From a virus (taxonomy: Duplodnaviria > Caudoviricetes): DNA of 33,887 bases. The DNA is taken from positions 1 through 33,887 of the IMG/VR virus record IMGVR_UViG_3300020453_000440; one strand, given 5' to 3'. Position 1 is the stretch's first letter. Each line of letters starts with the position of its first letter. A model generated the notes under the pieces. The model was given only the letters and a program-made list of their open reading frames with translations, was not told the DNA's origin and did no database searches. The position numbers and the translations under genes were made by a program. Shown here in pieces: positions 25,462-33,887 of the stretch.

Positions 25462-25722
25462 ATGGATGAGGGGCAACAGCTAAGCGACGCAGCCGGGGCA
25501 CCCGAGTGGATGGCCACGGGCCTGCCCCTTGAGATTGAGTTTGAGTGCGAGAGCACCGTGCGCCGGGTTGATGAGCTGAACGGAGAGCAGGCCCAGGAAC
25601 TGGCCCGAGTCGCTCTCCGCCACAATTTCCGACTGGTCAACATGCTGCGCCAGTCGATCGATCGAGTCGCCTACCTAGAGGAAGTGATTGACGACATCAT
25701 CGAGAAGCCGACTGATCAGTGA
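25462..25722 (+). CDS. nblA: NblA-like phycobilisome degradation protein
   Basis: LPLEIEFECESTVRRVDELNGEQAQEL aligns without gaps to the recalled NblA core LSLEQQFSIRSFATQVQNMSHDQAKDF. Confidence 0.65.
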   Translation: MDEGQQLSDAAGAPEWMATGLPLEIEFECESTVRRVDELNGEQAQELARVALRHNFRLVNMLRQSIDRVAYLEEVIDDIIEKPTDQ

Positions 25723-25912
25723 GGTTCGTGATCCGGTACTGATCGCCATTCACTAGGCCTAGCTCATACAGCACCATGTAGGCGCGCTCACGGGTGAGGA
25801 ATCGCCAGGCGTGGATTTTTTCGCGCCAGACAATCCCACGTTCCTCGGTAAAACAGAGGAACCCGTCTGGCCCCTCGACGGCGAAGTTTGCCTCTGGGTG
25901 TGATGAACTCAT
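25697..25912 (-). CDS. Hypothetical protein
   Basis: Start overlaps the stop of the upstream minus-strand gene (ATGA coupling). Confidence 0.55.
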   Translation of the reverse strand: MSSSHPEANFAVEGPDGFLCFTEERGIVWREKIHAWRFLTRERAYMVLYELGLVNGDQYRITNLTDQSASR

Positions 25913-26217
25913 GGCCTCAACTCGGTTCGACGTTGGATCTCCGCGCAGGCTTTCGCGTTGCTCTGGACGTGACACCCATCGATCAAGCGGGGCAGGCTCC
26001 AGTTTTCAAGCTTGCTGTCATGCCAGGCGTGAACCGCCATGCCCACACCAATGACGGTGTAGACGCCAGCGATCAGCCAGCCGAGGCGGTAGAGCCGCCG
26101 TTCGATCTTGGGTAGGCGCACGGTGATGATGTGATCGTTTGCCCGCTGCCTCGCAATGGTGGCTTGAGTGGCGGGATAGGGGAAGAGCTGAATAGCTCTG
26201 TGATTATGTTTTTTCAT
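25909..26217 (-). CDS. Hypothetical single-pass membrane protein
   Basis: LGWLIAGVYTVIGVGMAV hydrophobic segment; ATGA coupling with the upstream gene. Confidence 0.6.
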   Translation of the reverse strand: MKKHNHRAIQLFPYPATQATIARQRANDHIITVRLPKIERRLYRLGWLIAGVYTVIGVGMAVHAWHDSKLENWSLPRLIDGCHVQSNAKACAEIQRRTELRP

Positions 26218-26594
26218 GCGGCTTCTCTCAGTCGGTTGCTCATGACGGCGCCCAGCAGTCTGCCTTCCACCCAGTCCGGGCGGTTCTCTTTGCACACTTC
26301 TTCGATCGCCCAAAGCAGGGCCACCTCTGCAAAGCCTTCATGGCTGCAGGGCCACCCGTCTTTTTTCATGCCGTAATCGTCGAGGATCTGCAGCGGCCGT
26401 GAGCTGTATTGCTCCGCCTTGGCGTCAAGCATCATCCAGATATGAACGGCGTGGTCGGCATAGGTTTTGCAGACCAGCTTGCTGTTGTTGATGAGGTTCC
26501 AGGTCACGGCGCAAACGTCGAGACCGTCGCGGGCAATGATGCCCTGCTCTGTGGGATCAAGGTTGCGTGTGACCCACTGATCGATGCGTTTCAT
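26214..26594 (-). CDS. Hypothetical protein
   Basis: 126-aa ORF heading a translationally coupled minus-strand series. Confidence 0.6.
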   Translation of the reverse strand: MKRIDQWVTRNLDPTEQGIIARDGLDVCAVTWNLINNSKLVCKTYADHAVHIWMMLDAKAEQYSSRPLQILDDYGMKKDGWPCSHEGFAEVALLWAIEEVCKENRPDWVEGRLLGAVMSNRLREAA

Positions 26595-26636
26595 TAGAAG
26601 AAAGCCGGTAGAACGTAAGCGGTTTTGAGGTGGGGG

Positions 26637-26819
26637 ATGGTTTACAGGAACTGCAACGTGATCTGTTCAGACACGCCCCCTGGTGGCTGTGTTGTGGTGT
26701 GCGAGGGCTACGCAATGAGCTATTTCAAAACGCAGGCCGCAGCCCTCGCATATCTCGACATGACGGCAGAAGCCGATCAGAAAGGAATGTCAGCCGAAGG
26801 TGGCACCGGGGGCGCCTGA
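26637..26819 (+). CDS. Possible small hypothetical protein
   Basis: GAGGTG RBS-like sequence before ATG 26637; fills the gap between two minus-strand genes. Confidence 0.35.
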   Translation: MVYRNCNVICSDTPPGGCVVVCEGYAMSYFKTQAAALAYLDMTAEADQKGMSAEGGTGGA

Positions 26820-27229
26820 GCCGGTGGGGCCGCAATGGCTGCGGCGTGTGGCGTGAGAGCCTGGCTAGTCGGTGGCATCGTTGCGGCCTTTGATTCGTCT
26901 TTGGCCTTGATCAGGTCAACCGTTCCAAACTTGATCACAAGCTTTTCGCCTTGGCTGCCATCTCTGCGCGGGAAGGTTTCGCGGTGCGCTTCGCCCCGAG
27001 CGTCGATGGTGTCACCCTTGTGGAACTTATTAGCAGCGCGCTCTGCTGCCTTGCCCCACAGCTCAACCTCGACCCACCAAGTCTCAGGATCCTTCCAGGT
27101 GCCGTCCTTTTGCTTAATGCCTGGCTGCTTGACAGCCATGGCCAGCTTGCAAACGCAACTGCCTGACTCGAAATACTTCATCTCTGGATCGCGGCCCAGG
27201 TTTCCTGTGGTCTGAATCGTGGTGGTCAT
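26777..27229 (-). CDS. ssb: Single-stranded DNA-binding protein
   Basis: GNLGRDPEMKYFESG, W..VELWGK.AE, C-terminal DIPF. Confidence 0.95.
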   Translation of the reverse strand: MTTTIQTTGNLGRDPEMKYFESGSCVCKLAMAVKQPGIKQKDGTWKDPETWWVEVELWGKAAERAANKFHKGDTIDARGEAHRETFPRRDGSQGEKLVIKFGTVDLIKAKDESKAATMPPTSQALTPHAAAIAAPPAQAPPVPPSADIPF

Positions 27230-27456
27230 GGTTTGTCTGCCGGGTTGTGGTTTTTTTCGTAGGCGATCACGTCATCCACGGCGTAGATGATGCGCGCGCC
27301 CACTTTTGTGAATTTCGGCCCAATGCCTTGGTGACGCCAGTTCGCGAGCGTATGGGTGGCCATGCACCAATAGTCGGCCAGCTCCTTTGGTGTCAGGAAC
27401 ATTTTCGGCGGTTCATCGCCGAGGGCCAGGTGCTTTAACGGATGGTCATCTGTCAT
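27226..27456 (-). CDS. Excisionase-like HTH protein
   Basis: FLTPKELADYW....TLANWR..GIGPKF.KVG.RI.Y; RBS GGGAGG before ATG 27456. Confidence 0.85.
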   Translation of the reverse strand: MTDDHPLKHLALGDEPPKMFLTPKELADYWCMATHTLANWRHQGIGPKFTKVGARIIYAVDDVIAYEKNHNPADKP

Positions 27457-27599
27457 CAGAACCTCCCTTAGGCGGGGCCGTCGACGGGGACGCCCAGTTT
27501 GAAACCCGCCGGTTCCAATGCTTAGGGCTCGATTTCCGTTGGCTAGTTGGCATACAAGGCCGGCCGCATAGGTAGCGGGTCGGCGTTGCAATCCGTTGG

Positions 27600-28379
27600 C
27601 TAATTGTTGTCATTCTCTTCCTCGCTTTTCTCTACGAGGGCAGGCGCCGGGCACACCTCCCCCAGTTGGTTGCTTAGGGCAGGTCTCTCCGGTTCTCCCT
27701 GGGTGATCACTACCGGCTGAACAGCCGGCCGATCAGATTGTTTTAATAACGCATCCTGCAGGGAAACATTATTGCCGACAGACTCATTTAGTCTTTGTTT
27801 CCCTTGCGTCAAGTTTGCGTCTCCCCTAGGTGCAGAGTCGACAACATCGAAGCCCAGCAAAATCTCAGGGCAATGCAGATCGATCAGCCATTTTGCCGAG
27901 CGCCAGCGCAGCATTTGCTCGGGAATGGTTGAGTATTTTTTGTTGCGGGTCCAGCCCTCAGCGGCTGCAATTTTCCAACTGAGCGTCACTTCTGCAATGT
28001 CGCCATCGCTTAACGGCGCGTAGGCCGTCACCTCCAGATCTTCTTTTTTGTCGCCTTTGTCGATCTTCCAGCGGATTGGGCCGGCAAAGACTTTGGCGCG
28101 GTTGGCCAGTGCAACGGCAAATTTTGCTGTGTACGCTGGCCGGCCGCCGATCATAAAAACGTTCTGAACCGCCGTAAGCGGGCTGATTCCCAGCTCGACA
28201 GCGAGTTGCACGACAACAAAGCAGTCGTGGGGATTCTTTTGGAAGTTCGCCGGGACCATGCTGCTAGCAGCAAAAGCATTGGCAAGACGCCAGCAGTCAG
28301 CGAAATTGTCGTGCTGCGGGACAGGATCTGCAGGGCGATCATCGGTCTGAATGGTGATGGTTTTGGTTTCGTCAGTCAT
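27600..28379 (-). CDS. RecT-like single-strand annealing protein
   Basis: SSMVPANFQKNPHDC...ELGISPL...IGGRPA...PEQMLRWR; ATGA-coupled to the exonuclease gene. Confidence 0.75.
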   Translation of the reverse strand: MTDETKTITIQTDDRPADPVPQHDNFADCWRLANAFAASSMVPANFQKNPHDCFVVVQLAVELGISPLTAVQNVFMIGGRPAYTAKFAVALANRAKVFAGPIRWKIDKGDKKEDLEVTAYAPLSDGDIAEVTLSWKIAAAEGWTRNKKYSTIPEQMLRWRSAKWLIDLHCPEILLGFDVVDSAPRGDANLTQGKQRLNESVGNNVSLQDALLKQSDRPAVQPVVITQGEPERPALSNQLGEVCPAPALVEKSEEENDNN

Positions 28380-29233
28380 AGTGCCCACCTCGGAAGGCTT
28401 AGGGAAGAGATCTGTTTATCGAAGCCGGGCCACTCGTCTTTTTCCTGGCATTCCTTGAAACGCTCCAGGGCCTCGCGGTACTGACGACGGCCGGTCTCCA
28501 TTAGTTGTTCGTCGCATTCGTAAATGGCGACGGCGTAGGGGGGTTCCTTTTCCACCACCACAAAGAGGAAGTTTTCAACCGGCCCCCAGTCGCCCGAGGC
28601 GGTGATCAGATCGGTGTAAAACGCGGCCTGCCAGTGGTACTTGAAATTGGCCACGGACTTGCCGAAGCCGGTTTGCCCTGCGCCGCCATAACGACGGCTG
28701 CAGGTTTTCACATCGATCACATAGGTTTTGCCGGCAACGGTCGCGATCCGGTCCGCTTTGCACTTGAGCATCATCCCGGTTTCAGGGTCGACCGCCTGGC
28801 AAACCTCTTCGCTGTAGCCGCCCTGGCCCTCGACGAGAGCGGACGCTAGCGGTGATTTGCGGATCGCGGTCTGCATCTTGTCGACACAGTCCCAGATGTC
28901 AGCGGGCAGGGCCTCGCGGTCGCCGATGTTGGCGGCCCATTCTTTGTGCGCCTCTTTGCCGGCTTTCGTTCGTTTGTCGAAACTGGCCTCTTTGATGAAC
29001 CGATCGTGAAACACTTGCGGCCCTTCGAGCACATGGGTGTGCAGGGCGGTGCCCGTAATTAGCGCGGGTGACGTTGTTTCCGGTTCGCGGTCGGGGTTCA
29101 GGTATCGCTCCCAGTAGTAAAGGGGGCAGTCAGCGAACAGCTTCAAACCTGAATAATTGACCGCCTGAAGCGCCCGGTATTGGGGATCAGGCATCTGCAT
29201 AGGTAGAACTCCCAGATGTTCCCGCGAGGTCAT
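28376..29233 (-). CDS. RecE-like PD-(D/E)XK exonuclease (DUF3799/ExoVIII type)
   Basis: GTALHTHVLE, KCKAD, IDVKT, YHWQAAFY, FLFVVVEKEPPY. Confidence 0.9.
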   Translation of the reverse strand: MTSREHLGVLPMQMPDPQYRALQAVNYSGLKLFADCPLYYWERYLNPDREPETTSPALITGTALHTHVLEGPQVFHDRFIKEASFDKRTKAGKEAHKEWAANIGDREALPADIWDCVDKMQTAIRKSPLASALVEGQGGYSEEVCQAVDPETGMMLKCKADRIATVAGKTYVIDVKTCSRRYGGAGQTGFGKSVANFKYHWQAAFYTDLITASGDWGPVENFLFVVVEKEPPYAVAIYECDEQLMETGRRQYREALERFKECQEKDEWPGFDKQISSLSLPRWAL

Positions 29234-29389
29234 CGCGGCGCACGGAAAGTAACGGGCCTGCCCGGTCGGTGCAATGGCATCCCCGGTTTTCTTCCGGTTT
29301 CCGTGACGATCCTTTTTCTTTTGTTTTCAATGACTTACGCATTCCTTACGCCTAAAAGGTGAGGGGAATCAAGTCAAGGAAAAAATGCA
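29234..29389. promoter_or_regulatory. Divergent intergenic control region
   Basis: Partly AT-rich gap between divergent recE and helicase genes, with short direct and inverted repeats. Confidence 0.5.
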
Positions 29390-30814
29390 ATGAGAGTGAT
29401 CCTGCGGGATTATCAGCAGAACGCAGTGAACTGGATCAGGCACGCTTACGCCAAAGGCTGCCGCTCTGTTCTGTTCTGCCTTCCCACAGGTGGCGGCAAA
29501 ACTGTCGTCTTCTCTTATGTGGCCGAAGCGGCAGTGGCCAAAGGCCGCCGCGTGGTCATCCTTGTGCATCGCCAAGAGCTGGTCAGCCAGTCCGTGGAAA
29601 GCCTGGAGGCCCTGGGCCTTGAGGTGGGTGTGATTGCCCCCGGCGAACCGGAGCGGCCAGAACTCCCGATTCAGGTTGCTTCGGTTCAGTCCCTTGCTCG
29701 ACGGCTGCACCGCTGGGCAGATGCTTTCGATTTCATCGTTATCGATGAGGCGCATCACTGCGCGGCCGGCAGCTGGCGCAAAGTGTGCGACGCCTACCCG
29801 CAGGCCCACCGCCTGGGCGTCACCGCAACACCCGAGCGCCTAGACGGCAAGCCGCTGCGCCCATGGTTCGATGAGCTGATCTGCGGCCCCGGCACCTGGG
29901 AGCTGATGGAGGCTGGCCACCTATGCCAGACCAAAATTCTCTGCCCACCCACTGGGGTGGATTTCAAAAAGCTGCGGGTCTTGGCGGGCGACTTCCGAAA
30001 AGACGACGCAACCGAAGCAATGACAGGGGCCACCCTGATGGGGGATGTGGTGACCCACTATCAGCAACACTTGGCACCGGGGACGGCCATCGCCTTCTGT
30101 GTCACTGTTGCCCACGCCGAAGCCGTCGCAGAGAAGTTCAAGGCGGCTGGCGTGCGCGCCGCCACGATAGACGGCACCCTAAGCAGAACCGCTCGCCGTG
30201 AACTTATCGACGGGCTGAGAACTGGGGAGGTGCAAGTTTTGTGCAGCTGCGAGGTGATCAGCGAGGGAACGGACGTGCCAAGCGTGGGCGGTGCTCTGCT
30301 TTGTAGGCCAACAAACAGCCTGAGCCTTTTTCTGCAACAGGTCGGCCGATGTTTGCGCCCGGCCCCAGGCAAAGAACAGGCGGTGATCATCGATCACGCG
30401 GGCAACATCCGCCGCCACGGCTTACCCCAGGATGTGAGATTTTGGAGCCTCGACGGTGCGAAAGACCGGAAGGCAAAAGAAGAAAAGCGGGCTGCCCCCT
30501 GGGTCACTGTCTGCCAGCACTGTTTTGCTGCCATCCCTGGCGGGGGTGCTGCGTGCCCCTACTGCGGAGCGGAGCCCCCTAAGCCAAAGGCGAAACCTAA
30601 GGGCGCCTTCGGTGATGGCGAATTGCGGGAACTTCGCATCGAGGCCGCACTCATTCGCATCAGGGAAAAGGAGGAAAAGCAACGCAAGAAAAACGAACAG
30701 AGCCAGGCCAAGACTCTGAAAGAGCTGCAGGCAATAGCAAAACAGCGCGGTTATTCTCCGGGCTGGGCCTATCACATTCACCGGAGCAGGAATGAGCGCG
30801 GCCGTTTCTTATGA
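29390..30814 (+). CDS. Superfamily 2 (DEAH) helicase with C-terminal Zn ribbon
   Basis: LRDYQ, PTGGGKT, IDEAHH, TATP, QQVGRCLR, CQHC...CPYC. Confidence 0.95.
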   Translation: MRVILRDYQQNAVNWIRHAYAKGCRSVLFCLPTGGGKTVVFSYVAEAAVAKGRRVVILVHRQELVSQSVESLEALGLEVGVIAPGEPERPELPIQVASVQSLARRLHRWADAFDFIVIDEAHHCAAGSWRKVCDAYPQAHRLGVTATPERLDGKPLRPWFDELICGPGTWELMEAGHLCQTKILCPPTGVDFKKLRVLAGDFRKDDATEAMTGATLMGDVVTHYQQHLAPGTAIAFCVTVAHAEAVAEKFKAAGVRAATIDGTLSRTARRELIDGLRTGEVQVLCSCEVISEGTDVPSVGGALLCRPTNSLSLFLQQVGRCLRPAPGKEQAVIIDHAGNIRRHGLPQDVRFWSLDGAKDRKAKEEKRAAPWVTVCQHCFAAIPGGGAACPYCGAEPPKPKAKPKGAFGDGELRELRIEAALIRIREKEEKQRKKNEQSQAKTLKELQAIAKQRGYSPGWAYHIHRSRNERGRFL

Positions 30815-31157
30815 GCAGGCGATCCAAAATGAGATCCGCCTCGAACTAGGTCATGAAGATTGCCGGCTGTTTCGGAATAACACCGGCTGCCTCAGGAACG
30901 ACCGGGGCCGCATCGTTTGCTTTGGTTTGGCCAAGGGCAGCAGCGACCTGATCGGATGGAAAACCATCGAGGTCACACCCGAGATGGTGGGAACTCGCTT
31001 AGCGGTGTTCACCGCTGTGGAGGTGAAAGACAAGGGCCGGCCCACGCCGGAGCAAAAGCGATTCATCAGCTGCGTGCAGGCGGCTGGTGGGTTTGCAGGG
31101 ATAGCAAGGAGCGTCGAGGATGCGAAAAAAATCATGCAGTTGGTATCACCCACCTAG
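30792..31157 (+). CDS. VRR-NUC domain nuclease
   Basis: EQAIQ, LFRNNTG, GSSDLIG, AVEVK, PEQKRF. Confidence 0.9.
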   Translation: MSAAVSYEQAIQNEIRLELGHEDCRLFRNNTGCLRNDRGRIVCFGLAKGSSDLIGWKTIEVTPEMVGTRLAVFTAVEVKDKGRPTPEQKRFISCVQAAGGFAGIARSVEDAKKIMQLVSPT

Positions 31158-31209
31158 CACATTGGTGGCACACAGGCTAAAAGGGGCGGGCGCTCTACCT
31201 AACGCACCC

Positions 31210-31488
31210 ATGCCACCAAAACCAAAGCCACCGGAAGACCGGGTGGACATCAGAGAGCCTCGCTACGCTCTCGCCGCACTTGAGACGCTATATCGCAAAT
31301 GCAACGACCGGCCAAACCACTACCCCGTGACAGAGGTGGACGTTTGGCACTTCGCGAAATTCCCAGAGGTCTGGGCAACGCAAGCAATCAGACGAAAGGC
31401 CAGCGGCTGGAACTTCAAACGCTGCGAGCCTGTCGTTTCCCGAGTTCGACAGCTTTACATCTGGGCGGCGCCCATCCTGGAGAACTGA
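31210..31488 (+). CDS. Hypothetical protein
   Basis: ORF filling the gap between VRR-NUC and the primase. Confidence 0.5.
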   Translation: MPPKPKPPEDRVDIREPRYALAALETLYRKCNDRPNHYPVTEVDVWHFAKFPEVWATQAIRRKASGWNFKRCEPVVSRVRQLYIWAAPILEN

Positions 31489-31492
31489 GGGA

Positions 31493-33887
31493 ATGGGGAT
31501 GAGAGAAGAAATAGCGACCCTCCCGAAGGGTTGGAACTTTGTTCTGTGTCATGCGAAGAACGGCACTCAAAAGGCCGCCTATCAGGAAGCATGGCGGGAC
31601 TTGAGGCAAGACTCAGACGCGATCGCCGAATTGCTTAAGGATTCTGCGCACAAACGTAAAGCATCGATGGTGGGCGTGATCCTGGGCGAGGCGTCTGGGG
31701 GCCTGCTGGCGGTCGATCACGACGGCGAAAGCTGCGACGAGCTGCTGCGTAAGCAGTTCGGCATTGAGCGGCTGCCAACAACGCCCACGATCACCTCAGG
31801 CAAGCCCGGCCGCTTCTGCAGTTTTTTCCAGGTGCCCGGCCACTTGGTTGACAAGATCAAGCCAAAGACGATCTCAACCGGCGTCACGGGGCCTGACGGG
31901 AAGCAAGAGCAGCTAGAGCTGCGTTGGACGGGCCAGCAAATCGTGGCAGGAGTTCACCCTGAGACCCGCAACCCTTATCAGTGGTTAATTCACCCAACCC
32001 AGGCTGAGCTGGCTGAGGCGCCTGCGGTGTTGCTTAAAGCCATGCGCAAGGAAGAACGGACGGCCGCCACCTTGCCGGTGCTGAACCTGCCTACGCAGCC
32101 AGCCGGTGCTGATGAGGTGCCCCTGGAAAAGCTTTTGGCGCCGGCGCATCGCGAGCTGATCGCCAAAGGCTGCGGGGAAGGGGGCCGCAACAACGCCGGG
32201 TTCAGGCTGGCGGCTGATCTGATCGGTGTTGTGGCCTGGTGCAAAGCCGAGGGCGTGCGATACAACGGACACCCTCCGCAGCTCTTCCTGGAGTTCTGCG
32301 CACGGTGCAGCCCACCCCTAAGCGAACGAGAGGCGCGCACGATCTACGAAAGCGCAGAGCAAAAAGCACCCGGTCCCTGCCTGTCTCCTGACAAGCTGCG
32401 GGGATGCGTGCAATGGGCACAGGGCAAAAGGCAGCGAGATGATCGGAACACACCACAGGCCGCGGCCAATGAGCCAAGGAAGCAGCCCGAACCCGATTCC
32501 TCCCCTTTCCAGCTTCTCGGATTCAATAAGGGAACCTATTACTACCTGCCCAGGGGGCAAAAGCAGGTCATCAGCCTCAGCGCCTCAGGGCACATCGAGC
32601 GCCAGCTGCTCACACTCGCACCACGCGACTGGTGGCTGCAAACATTCGAGAAGCCACCAACTCGAAAAGACGGAGACCCTACCGTTGACTGGGCGAAGGC
32701 CTGCAGCTGGCTCTACGAAATGCAGCACCTACAGGGTGTTTATGACCCTTGCAGGGTCAGAGGCCGGGGATGCTGGATCGACGCCGACCGAGTAGTCATC
32801 CACCTGGGCGAGCGCGTCATCTGTGACGGCTCTGAGGTTGAGGTGGGCAAGGTCAAGTCCCGTTTCATCTATGAGCAGGGCGCGGCCCTGGCTGGCCCGC
32901 TGCTGGATCAACCCATGGGGGTGGATGAGGCGCGTGAGCTGATCAAGACCGCGGAGCTATGCCGGTGGGAGCATCCCGCATCAGCCTCTATGCTCGCCGG
33001 GTGGGTGGCTCTTGCCCCCGTGTGCGGCGCTCTTCGCTGGCGCTCGCACGCCTGGATAGTCGGTGGAGCAGGTTCGGGGAAGTCATCGGTTTTGTCGATG
33101 TACGTCAAGCCCTTACTGGGTGAGATGGAAACGAGCGTTTTAGGCGCCAGCACCGAAGCTGGGCTCCGCCAATATCTGGGCTCTGACGCCCGGCCCGTGC
33201 TTATGGATGAAGCCGAGCAAGCCCAGGCGCGTGATGAAGAACGCCTGCAGGCCATCATGGAACTGGCCAGGGCGTCAAGCTCTGAGACCGGGGCCAAGAC
33301 GCTGAAAGGTACGGCATCCGGTACGGGCCAGGAATACCTAATTCGCTCGATGTTCCTGCTCAGCTCGATCACGTCGAGCCTGAAGCAAGGCAGCGACAAA
33401 AGCCGCTTTGCACTGCTGCAGCTGCGCAACCCTGCAAACGACACCCCAGCAGAACAGGTTGAGCATTCTGAGAGGTGGGAACGCCTGCGGGACCGCTTGG
33501 CAAAGATCGACGGCAACACCGGCAAACGCCTGATTGCTCGCACGATTAAGCGGCTGCCCATGCTGCTGCGTGAGGTTGAGCTTTTCTCGGATGCGTGCGC
33601 TGAGTTCTTTGGGAGCCGCCGGGCTGGTGATCAGTTCGGGTTTCTGATGGCTGGGGCTTTCTCGCTCACTAGCGACGCTGAGGCCACGCGGGAGACCGCT
33701 GTGGCGTTCATCGCGCAACACAACTGGGATGAGTTCCTAGAGCCCGCCCGCGACGCTGCCGACCATGAGCGGTGTCTCAATCGGATCCTGGAAAGCCGGG
33801 TGAGGATGGCGGGCGTCGACACGGAGCTGCCCATGGGCGAGCTGCTGGAAATCCACCTGAACCGGGCACTTCATAACGAGATCACCA
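31493..33887 (+). CDS. Prim-Pol primase + PriCT + P-loop helicase/ATPase (3' partial)
   Basis: Not in the ORF track because no stop is reached. GLLAVDHDG, TSGKPGR, QLELRWTG..GVHPET, GGRNN...PPLSEREA, Walker A GGAGSGKS at 33062 in the same frame, and Walker B VLMDEAE. Confidence 0.88.
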   Translation, partial: MGMREEIATLPKGWNFVLCHAKNGTQKAAYQEAWRDLRQDSDAIAELLKDSAHKRKASMVGVILGEASGGLLAVDHDGESCDELLRKQFGIERLPTTPTITSGKPGRFCSFFQVPGHLVDKIKPKTISTGVTGPDGKQEQLELRWTGQQIVAGVHPETRNPYQWLIHPTQAELAEAPAVLLKAMRKEERTAATLPVLNLPTQPAGADEVPLEKLLAPAHRELIAKGCGEGGRNNAGFRLAADLIGVVAWCKAEGVRYNGHPPQLFLEFCARCSPPLSEREARTIYESAEQKAPGPCLSPDKLRGCVQWAQGKRQRDDRNTPQAAANEPRKQPEPDSSPFQLLGFNKGTYYYLPRGQKQVISLSASGHIERQLLTLAPRDWWLQTFEKPPTRKDGDPTVDWAKACSWLYEMQHLQGVYDPCRVRGRGCWIDADRVVIHLGERVICDGSEVEVGKVKSRFIYEQGAALAGPLLDQPMGVDEARELIKTAELCRWEHPASASMLAGWVALAPVCGALRWRSHAWIVGGAGSGKSSVLSMYVKPLLGEMETSVLGASTEAGLRQYLGSDARPVLMDEAEQAQARDEERLQAIMELARASSSETGAKTLKGTASGTGQEYLIRSMFLLSSITSSLKQGSDKSRFALLQLRNPANDTPAEQVEHSERWERLRDRLAKIDGNTGKRLIARTIKRLPMLLREVELFSDACAEFFGSRRAGDQFGFLMAGAFSLTSDAEATRETAVAFIAQHNWDEFLEPARDAADHERCLNRILESRVRMAGVDTELPMGELLEIHLNRALHNEIT

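Overview
The window is a contiguous piece of a temperate, contractile-tailed (P2/Mu-like myovirus) phage genome. The attP site lies intact between phage genes, so this looks like the excised or virion form. Left to right: a 5'-truncated prohead protease-major capsid fusion; head decoration and neck genes; a baseplate (gpV with a long extension, PAAR, W, J, I) and fibre genes; sheath, tube, frameshifted tail chaperone, tape measure and U/X/D; a lysis cassette (membrane protein, C39-like peptidase, small holin-like gene with an apparent -1 frameshift extension, GH24 lysozyme); DUF3310; a tyrosine integrase with an attP whose core is the 3' half of a tRNA-Glu(TTC); accessory genes including an NblA-like protein; a leftward SSB/Xis/RecT/RecE module; and a rightward helicase/VRR-NUC/primase-helicase module cut by the window end. 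Most notable: (1) an NblA-like gene and other cyanophage-style genes sit beside an att core that, from memory, matches alphaproteobacterial rather than cyanobacterial tRNA-Glu; (2) a probable programmed -1 frameshift in a lysis gene; (3) an extended, PAAR-capped spike and a Trp-repeat gpI. All family calls come from motif recognition by eye, with no database searches.
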